Below are positions 55,740 through 64,000 of a stretch of DNA of 64,000 nucleotides, piece after piece (the stretch's first letter is position 1; each line of letters opens with the position of its first letter). Origin of the DNA: Chromera velia (taxonomy: Eukaryota); NCBI GenBank assembly GCA_018398765.1, contig JAHBMJ010000068.1, positions 1-64,000 of the forward strand, read 5' to 3'. Under the pieces are notes generated by a model that did not search any database, was not told where the DNA came from, and saw only the letters and a list, made by a program, of their open reading frames with translations. The translations under genes were made by a program, and so were the position numbers.

Positions 55740-58700
55740 CCCCTGGGTGAGTTTGTTTCTTTTTGGCTGAAAGGCATCTGTACTGTTGGATTCAGATGCA
55801 CAGACCAGTGTGATCAACATCTCTTTCTTCGCATCTGCAGAGCATAAAATGTAGACGGCGAGTGTCGGTTTGAGTGTGTTGGGGAATAATGGAATTCCGG
55901 TAGTGGGAGAGACGTGTGCAGAGTTTTCGCATGAGTCTGCACCCGAGAAAATTTTTAAGCACCCAGTACTGGTGACGGAGAATTCAGAGTACGATGTGGT
56001 TCTTGGGATGGATTTTCTTCGATCCCGATCTGATGTTTCTTTTAAACTTTTTGGGGGGGAAAAGCTGTATATGGGAGACCTTCCTCCCTTTGAGGTCTGG
56101 TTTGATGATGGTCTGAAATCGACGAAGGTGTGTGCCGCGAAGAGGACACGTGTGCTCCGATGGCATCGCTCCCTCTTTCAAGTGTCTGTCGATACCCCAG
56201 ATGGTTCGGAAGTCCTTATCCGAAAGAACTTCCCCCGTAGCTATCCTGGTCTGGCTGTTCCTGCTCAGCTGACTACCGTGCAGGGAGGCATCGCAGTCAT
56301 TGAGGTCACAAACATTTCCCGTTCCAAAATCACAGTCGGTTCGAAGACAGCATTGTCCTCTGCAGAGCCGCCCTCTCACATTGTGGCGGTGACTGCTGTG
56401 ACAGCAGAAAAACGGCATGCAAGACCATGGAGCATGGAGACGACTCAGATGGCCGAGAGACTGGAGAGATGTGATTGCATATCCTCGGGAAAACCGCTGG
56501 AAGTGCGGTCCGGGGAGCAGGCCCCAACACACTCTCGGTTAGTTGCTTCACCTACTTTTTCGAATGCACAGAGTGCAGATATGCATCCCTCGCTTCGCTC
56601 CCCTTTCTTTTCTCGCTTGCAGACTCCTCCAAAGGCAGACGTGCCTACGGAGTCTTCAAAAGACCTTCCTCCGATCGATTTGGAGAAGGTCATTAGAGAT
56701 GTCCCACAGGAGATGAAGGGGGAGTATGTGGGTTTGTTGGGGGAATTTGAAGACCTGTGGTCACGGGGACGTTTTGATTTGGGAGAATTGAAGGTGGGGG
56801 GGAAGCCATATGAAGTGACTATCAGATGGCAACAGGACCGAATCTCCTATCACCAGCGAGAAGATGTAAAGAAAGAATTGGATGCAATGCAGAGTGCAGG
56901 GATCATTTAACCCTCGCATTCCCCATAGGCAGCTCCGGTCGTTCTTGTCAAGAAACCTGACGGCTTGACCCGATTCTGCCTCAACTTTCGACGACTCAAC
57001 GCAGCTACCAAGTGGGATCTCTTTCCGCTCCCATGCATCCAGGAGACACTTGACAAGCTTGCTGGCTCATCAGTGTTCTCTACACTTGACTACACCTCGG
57101 GCTTCCGTCAGCTTTCCGTGAAGGAAGAAGACAGAGAGAAGACAGCCTTCATCACTCCGTTTGGGCTGTTTGAATTTCTTCGTATGCCCTTTGGTTTAGT
57201 CAACGCACCCGCCCTTTTCCAACGAGCAATGACGCTCGTCCTCGCATCGCTCCCATGAAAAATAGCACTTGTCTACGTCGATGATGTAATCATCTTCTCT
57301 CGCAGTCACGCCAAGCACTTGCAGGACCTCCGTAAGGTCTTCACCCTTGTTTGTACCGCCGGTCTGAAACTCCCGGGACCGCCTCAAAAAGGCACAGATT
57401 GGAAAGGCACAGGTGGAGTACCTAGGTTATACCGTATCTGCCTGTGGGGTCTGTCCAAGTCAAAAAAACACGGAGAAGGTAAAGAACTGGCCAACCCCGA
57501 CCAACCATCCGAGCCTTCGCACATTCGTTTACTTGTGCAACTACTACCGAACTTTTGTGGAGGGGTTTGCGCGGATTGCTCAATGACATCCGCTGAATCA
57601 ACTGTTGCGTCCCTTTGATGAGAACAAGCAGCCCCTTCCCTTTATCTGGACAGCCGCAGCAGATGAAGCCTTCTGGGAGCTCCGCAACCGTCTCACTGAG
57701 CCACCTATCTTTTCCTTCCCTGACATGCATACCCCATTCATTGTGAAGCCGGATGTTTGCAACATTTCGATTGGGGGTATTTTGGTACAAATCAAGGATG
57801 GGAGGGAGAGTGTGATTGCATACGCAAGCAGGGGATTACAGGGGGTGGAGCTGAATTATGGAGCTTCAGAGCGAGAGGCTCTGGCAAATGTGTTTTGCTG
57901 CAGGCAGTGACGACACTACCTGCTTGGCAGTTCCGTTTTCTTGCGGGTGATCCAGACCGATCACAAACCGAATCTAGCAATGCAGGAGAACAAGTTGGCG
58001 AACAAGAGAATTGAGAAATGGGCTCTCAAATTGCAGGAGTATGGATTGGAGTTTTTGCATAAGGAGGGGAAGTCTCACACCGATGCAGATGCTGTTTTCT
58101 GTCTGCCTGTCCCGAGACAAGTAGAGCATTCGATAGACATAGGCGCTCCCCTCTGTCAGCACTGTTTCCTTCCTTCTGATGGGAGCACTCCTCTCAGATC
58201 AGGATTTAATGCAGCAGTGGCAGGGGTGAAGGTAATCAAAGCCAAGTCCGCACCCACACAAGCAATCGTTCCTTTCCTGGAGAAAGTACGACGTTCAGAG
58301 CCAACAGAGGTGGAGGTGAAAGATGTGTTTGAGTATCTGCAGAAGAAGTCTCTTCCGGAGGATCTTCAGCGCCGACGGACAATGCTAGCATAGGAGTCTT
58401 TGTTCGAGTTAAGAGATGGCTTGCTCTATAGGTTTTCAAGTAAGTTTGAGCAGTTGTATGTCCATGCCCATTTAAGAGAAACGGTGCTGGTGATGCACCA
58501 CAATCATCCTATGGCAGGACATGCAGCAACAAAGAAGCTGACAGCTCGGCTTCTCACCAAATTCTGGTGGCCAGGTCTGTGTAAAGATGTGCGCAGCTGG
58601 GTCTACAAGTGCCGCCCCTGTTAGGAGAGAACTTAATAACTTTAGAAGAGCACAAGCACTGCAACGCAACCCACAGACCGTTCCCATCCCTACTCAACCC

Positions 58701-59800
58701 TTCCAGAAGGTTGGCATTAACGTGAAAGGTCCTTTGCCTCCCTCCCGTAGACGCAACCAATTTGTCCTTGTTATCACGTGTGCCCTCATACGATGGCCAG
58801 AGACCTTTGCCTTGCCAGAGGTCCCCGCATGGGTTGTTGCAAAGATTCTTTTTGAAGAGATCATCTGCAGGTATGGCTTTATCGAGGAGTTGGTATCGGA
58901 CAGGGGGACGAACTTCCTTAGCGAGATTGTGAGGGAGCTCCTTGCCCTCATAAAGGTCCGTCACCACACCATAACAGGGTATCATCCACAGGCGAACGGC
59001 ATCCCTGAGCGATTCAATCGTTCGTGGGCTGAGGGAGTGGGGAAGCAGCTAGATCAAGAGAAAGGGGATTGGGATCTCTATCTCCAGCCGTACAACGCAG
59101 CATACCGCACTGCTTCCCATGCCGAGACAGATCTGAGACTCTCTCTCTTTGAATTGTTGTTTGCTCACATGCCACAGTCAGTGCTGCGTGTGCAACCACC
59201 GCCTGAGGGAGCGAGGTCTCCACCTATCTGTTATGACGACTACTACGGATTCATTTGACAAGAACGTATGCAGAAGATTGACAGAGCAGTCACGAGAGCA
59301 GAGAAAGAGAGGCAAGCAAGGGAAAGGCGTAATCCCTCTCCGATGATGCGAAGATTCCGTCTAGGGGACCGTGTGTTCCTGCAGAGACCTCCCAATCCGA
59401 TGGGGAAGCAACCCGCCTTCGAAGCGAGAGCAGAAGAAATCTATGTGGTCGTGGGGACACCGAGGAACAGACCATATGTGACCGTGATCAGGCCCCTAGG
59501 AGGAAAGAAGAGGGACGTGGTGAGTTCAGACAGATTGTAATTGTGGGAGGCAAAAGATGGAGAGGAGGAAGAGAGTGAAAAGAGTGAGGAGAGTGAGGCA
59601 GAGGAAGACTCTGCACTGCCGAGAGAAGAGAGACAGCAGGAGGAGAAGAGAGCAGCTACGGAGATGAAAAGATCGTCTGAAAGAGAAGGAGCAATCATTC
59701 TATCAGGCACTTCTCGATCGGACTTTCGATTGGTAGAAAATCCGGAGTTGGAGGATTTGTTGGATGAGTTGGGACTGGGAGATGAGTTGGAGGTACCTGC
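55740..59800 (+). pseudogene. pol: Gypsy pol (protease, RT, RNase H, integrase) with many stops and frameshifts
   Basis: PR VLLDSDA...[67 protein letters not shown]...CRPC, SDRGTNF, YHPQANGIPERFN. Confidence 0.93.
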
Positions 59801-60141
59801 TTAGGCAGTGGAGGGGCGGAAGCGGGGAGCCCGACGGAAGGGCCCTTCGCCAGTCCGTATCTCTGCAAGTAGAATTCGAGACGGCAAGGAAACGTGCTGA
59901 GTCTCGTTTGATGACGGAACGTTTGCCTGGTTATCAGAGGAAGAGATTAACTTGCCTAAGATGGTTCAAGAATTCGAAAGAGAGAAAGAAAAGGTTTTGA
60001 TGGGACTGAGTTGAATAATTTTCATGCTTCCGGAACCTTATAATGATTGCACTGATTTGCATACGCCGATGCTGAGGTCCTTTCCATTCTTTCCTTTTTA
60101 CGTTCTGCTCAGGGACAAGCAGAGTTAAGGAGGGGAGTGGT

Positions 60142-60637
60142 TGTTGGGGACTAGAAAGAATTCATGCGCGCATGCCGAGCGATAAAGAAAGCGCAAGGCG
60201 GGATCAGAAAGAATTCATGCGCGCACGCCGAGCGATAAAGAAAGCGCAAGGCAATGTCAGGCAGTAAGCACCGTGCGCACATGTAGAGCGCTCATGCAGT
60301 TTGCAATGCATGCATAAATACATGGAAAAAAAAATACTACAGAAGTGAATTCACACAAAACGGAATGACACAGAGACATAACAGATGTCAGAAAGACGGA
60401 TACAGCAAATACAGAGGTGACATGCATTTGAGTGGACCGATACAGATGAATACCGTACTACATACACAACATATGCACGCATGCAGTCTAACTGACCGAT
60501 TGTATCTGTTCAGAGAAGCCAACCTGAAATCTCTCTAGAAGGAGTCGAAAGATGAACGACCAGACAAACAGACCTTTGCGTAGATACACATAAGTAGAAG
60601 TCGTAGTCCTATACGCTAGCCCTATGTATGCTCAACA
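60142..60637 (+). repeat. 3' LTR (496 bp)
   Basis: Aligns to the 5' LTR with 23 substitutions and one 4-bp indel (hand count). Confidence 0.97.
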
Positions 60638-61307
60638 TTCTGTAAACACTGGTAATATTGAAGTTCAAATGGTTAAACTATAGCTAGTAGTTAAACTTGA
60701 AGCCTATGTTAAAGCCGTTGAACTTTAGCCTGGTCTATTGATCCCCTAATTAATCAAAAAATAAAAGTTAAAAATAGGAAAGTTAAAGTTTAAATACATG
60801 TAAAAAGCCTTAAAAACTGATGACATACTGCTTCTAAAATTTTTAATTTTTGATTATAAAACTGAGCTGGCTAGACTGACCTATAATACTACTACTACTA
60901 GTAGTAGTAGCTCATTATAGCTCACAGTGTATTATCTGAAGTTTTTTTGCTGATAAACTTTGAAAAATAATGCTTTGTCGCATAATTGAAACATTTAATA
61001 TGAACATTCATATGCAAAACTCCTGACACTCGATCCGGTGAACTTGGAAGACGGTATCGCAGGCGCGGCCAGACTTAATTCAAACGCCTACGCCGGACGC
61101 GCGGCTTCATATGAGACTCGAAGTTCCAGCCCAAAACTAGGCCAAAAGTAGCCAAAACAAAGGCGCAGCCTAGGGCGCAGCCGAAATAAAGTACTAGTAC
61201 GTTTGAAAAGGCTGCGCCAAAGGTGAGGACATTCTTCAAAAAGCCGTGCCAAAGGCGCGGCCACCTTCGAAAAATCCGTTTCAAGACGGACTGAAATGAC
61301 AAATTAT

Positions 61308-62405
61308 TCAAGTGCCTGGTTTTCCTTCTTTAATTTTTTTTTGTATTTCTCTTTGACGCTGGAAGGTGGCCTTCATGTGCATACTTCGGGTAACCCATTG
61401 AAGATTCTGCACTGAGTTATTGGTCGGATTGCCATCAATATGGTCCACTTGTAGTGAGTTTTCAAGCGCTCCGGCGGCAACAAGAGCAAGCTTTTGGTGC
61501 GAAAGGAAGACTTCAGCAACTAGTCGATGGACCAAATAGGCCTTTGCCGCAATTTTCACTTGTCTGTAAGAATGGCTCAGGTATCCCTCGGTGATTCGGA
61601 ACCCCCCTCTGCGTACACGACCTTTGTCTGATACTTCAGCCGTACTGGCTCTAACCGTTCCAACACAAGGTTCCAGGAATTGAATTTTCTTGAATGTCTC
61701 CCCCTCGAGCTCATCAACCTTGACCGGAAGCGGCCTCAATTCCCAGTCCTTGATGTGCAGCACCCGATCAGCGCGAAAGCCTTGTGTCAGTCGCGCGTCA
61801 TCAACTCGAATGAACTTCGCACACCAGCGAAGCCCTGGAATTTCAATTTGTTCCCCTGTGGTCAGATTTTTTGCGATAATGGGAATGGCCCTTGAATTCA
61901 CGTTTCGTGGACGAGCGAGGCAGGCTTCTGTCTTTCTCCGATGTTCGGAGGGCGTCTTCCAGTCGAGGTTGTCGACTGAGTTGTTTTGCTTGTCGCCGTC
62001 TTTGTGATCGACGTGAAGAGTCACCCAAGGAAACACAGCCTGTTTTTCAGCTTTCTGTGCAGCAAGAAAGGTTTCGGCAGCAATTCTGTGCACGTAAGCC
62101 CATTTTTTGGTTTTTGAGCAGCCAACTCTAAGGTACCCTGTTTTCTTGTTGAGGGACCCTGCAGTCACCTTTCCTCGCGTGTCTTTGAGAAACCCATCTT
62201 GCCGCACTTTCCACCCTGTGAGGGCGCCTTGGATTGGGTAGACTACAGGAACAAATTTGAGGGGAGCAATATCTGTCGCTGCACTCAAAAGGGTCTTCCT
62301 TTCATCAGGCTCGCGTTGGGGAAATCGACTCAAAGCTCCAAACCAAGACCTTCCACTTGCCATAAGCCCTCCAGAAAGGCATTGACGAGATAAAGCTCTC
62401 AACAT
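61308..62405 (-). CDS. Intronless double-HNH endonuclease (I-HmuI/HNH_3-NUMOD type), 365 aa from the first ATG, possible mitochondrial presequence
   Basis: Two modules: GYLRV...YVHRIAAETFL...VDHKDGDKQNNSVDNLDWKT..EH and EVSDKGRVR...YLVHRLVAEVFL...VDHIDGNPTNNSVQNLQWVT..MH, separated by a NUMOD1-like IPIIAKNLTTGEQIEIPGLRWCAKFI segment. Confidence 0.88.
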   Translation of the reverse strand: MLRALSRQCLSGGLMASGRSWFGALSRFPQREPDERKTLLSAATDIAPLKFVPVVYPIQGALTGWKVRQDGFLKDTRGKVTAGSLNKKTGYLRVGCSKTKKWAYVHRIAAETFLAAQKAEKQAVFPWVTLHVDHKDGDKQNNSVDNLDWKTPSEHRRKTEACLARPRNVNSRAIPIIAKNLTTGEQIEIPGLRWCAKFIRVDDARLTQGFRADRVLHIKDWELRPLPVKVDELEGETFKKIQFLEPCVGTVRASTAEVSDKGRVRRGGFRITEGYLSHSYRQVKIAAKAYLVHRLVAEVFLSHQKLALVAAGALENSLQVDHIDGNPTNNSVQNLQWVTRSMHMKATFQRQREIQKKIKEGKPGT

Positions 62406-63330
62406 TAGACTGAGGAAGCACTGAGCAAGTAGATCCGGAATCAAGACTGCGAAGCTTTGCTTACAACCGCACTTCGTGAACACTTTGCCTCAAGGGTTCG
62501 GGACGCACTGTTGCAAGCCAGCTGCTCAGCCAATTGTAGCGTTGTTCAATCCTGGACCAGGAGTTTGACAGTTCTCACAAATGGATGTGGGACGAGTCTC
62601 GGAGATGCTGGCAGCTTCCTCATGACGATGTGTCATATGTCAAAACGCGTGTCATGTCAGAATTGCAAACAGATGTATTAATATATATAACTTTATTATT
62701 GTCTTCCACGTTGCATCGATCTCACGGACACGTAAAGATGAATCGATTGTCAGCTGGATCAAAGCAAACAAATTAATACAACGTACGTATTAAATTGCCA
62801 TATACCTTTTCATAAACTGCATGTGTATATATATATACGTATATACGTATTAACACATCATGCAAGCATGCATGCAACACCATGCAACACCTCTGTAACC
62901 ATGCAAACCCGCGGCCGCATGCAATTAACTTTTTTTTATCGATGAACAGCACGTACGGGTCTGCATGTCATTTCCGCGCGCGCAATCCGCGCGCTCTCAC
63001 TTGTTTATTCTCACGTATAGTGACGTATATACAATTAATGAAAAGCCAAAAGGATGTTGCAACACATGGCTGGATTCCTTGATTGCCCCTGACCGTGCCA
63101 GACCATGCAAGTTTCTTCCCTCTACAAACTCTTGCTGCAGGACCCAGACAAGCCTCTCGTACCAGCTCTCGTAGCTGAAGATTTGAGAACAACACTTGAT
63201 CGTTTGGATAAGACAACAGCCTGTAAATTCAACCAAATTCGAAGGGTCGGGCACAAAACAGCCCTTACCGACCCCTCACTCACTGAACTTCCATAAGAAA
63301 TCCGTCGCTTTTCTTCCACCGGACGGCCAA

Positions 63331-63774
63331 ATGAAGTCTACAAAGGTCGGGGGTGGTCCCCCTTCTTTAAAGAAAGAGAAGGGGCAAACCACCAAAACCA
63401 AAAGCCCTCCTGCACCGTCACGCGCAGTAAGCTACAGACACGTCCCCACAGTGACAAGAGACCTGAAGGCACAAATCGCACAAAGTGAAAACTTTGGGAC
63501 CTCCTTCAAGAAAGAACGTTTTTTCCCGGAGCCCAACATCAAGATGGTGTCTTCAGAAACCCAGATGGCGGCTCTGGAGGCTGCGAAGAACGACCAAAAA
63601 TTTGCAGTGGATTGGAATATGGTCGCACGTCAGCTGGAGTCACACTCTGTCCTCGGGCTCCAAGAGAGTAAGGCACTCACTAGTGATCCGACAACCGGGG
63701 AGGCCCTGACGTGGAAGAAGAACCACGTGAAGTTCTTGCAAAGCCTCAAGGACCGACACGAGGAAGCTCTACAG
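63331..63774 (+). CDS. Probable first exon of an unknown protein that continues past the window edge
   Basis: Open frame MKSTKVGG...HEEALQ ending at a CAG|GTACGT donor, divergent from the HNH gene. No family recognised. Confidence 0.5.
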
Positions 63775-64000
63775 GTACGTGTATAAGCTAAATGTATCCA
63801 TCGGTGTGGCTCGCTACCAACCCGTCTACCTTGTCCTAGAATCTGTTGCACGGTTTGATCATATTAGAGTGGTACGCCTGTCGACGAGGTGAAGCGCTCT
63901 TCGGAAGAATTTTGGAAAGGTGCAGGCGCATTTCTGACAGCGAGGTATGACTTTGTTCCGGCCTTATTTCTCGCTATCACCCGGGATTTTTTTGTTTGTT

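Larger units (their letters stand above)
53738..60637 (+). mobile_element. Full-length, inactivated Ty3/Gypsy LTR retrotransposon (6.9 kb)
   Basis: Paired LTRs TGTTG...CAACA, 5-bp TSD TTCTG on both sides, polypurine tract AAGGAGGGGAG before the 3' LTR, domain order gag-PR-RT-RH-IN. Confidence 0.97.

Noticed and set aside
56120..56370. dUTPase-like domain between Gypsy protease and RT
   Set aside because: No recognisable dUTPase catalytic motifs; similar beta-rich spacers are common in Gypsy pol.
40397..59540. Stop-codon reassignment (TAG/TAA read as Gln) to explain in-frame stops in retroelements
   Set aside because: Stops also replace Trp, frameshifts co-occur, long host exons lack in-frame TAR codons, and genes at 30840 and 33630 appear to end in TAA.
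59541..60000. Chromodomain or env-like ORF after integrase
   Set aside because: Sequence is acidic and low-complexity, with no aromatic-cage motif or TM segment visible.

Overview
Intron-rich eukaryotic DNA with GT-AG introns packed with microsatellites. The style (TGCATGCA motifs, GTCAGT/GTGAGT donors, long low-complexity exons) suggests a chromerid/apicomplexan-related alveolate such as Chromera; this is inference, not verified. Host genes reconstructed by hand: a CCDC43 homologue (-), a very large LRR + ankyrin + FYVE-type gene (+), an intronless orphan ORF (-), a MAP10/DUF4497-like gene ending in a UBZ-type finger (-), ALG5 (+), a 10-exon MORN-repeat gene (+), an intronless double-HNH (I-HmuI/NUMOD-like) endonuclease with a possible mitochondrial presequence (-), and a truncated unknown gene at the right edge. 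Between genes lie repeat islands: a CRE-type non-LTR remnant, two convergent LINE fragments, two MITE families and a full-length but dead Ty3/Gypsy element (53738-60637, TTCTG TSD). The most striking signal is a RIP-like mutation signature in the repeats. By my hand alignment, 22 of 23 LTR-LTR substitutions are transitions (10 in CpA/TpG and 8 in CpG context), most premature stops fit CAG/CAA/TGG to TAG/TAA, and the flanks have decayed to TpA-rich DNA.
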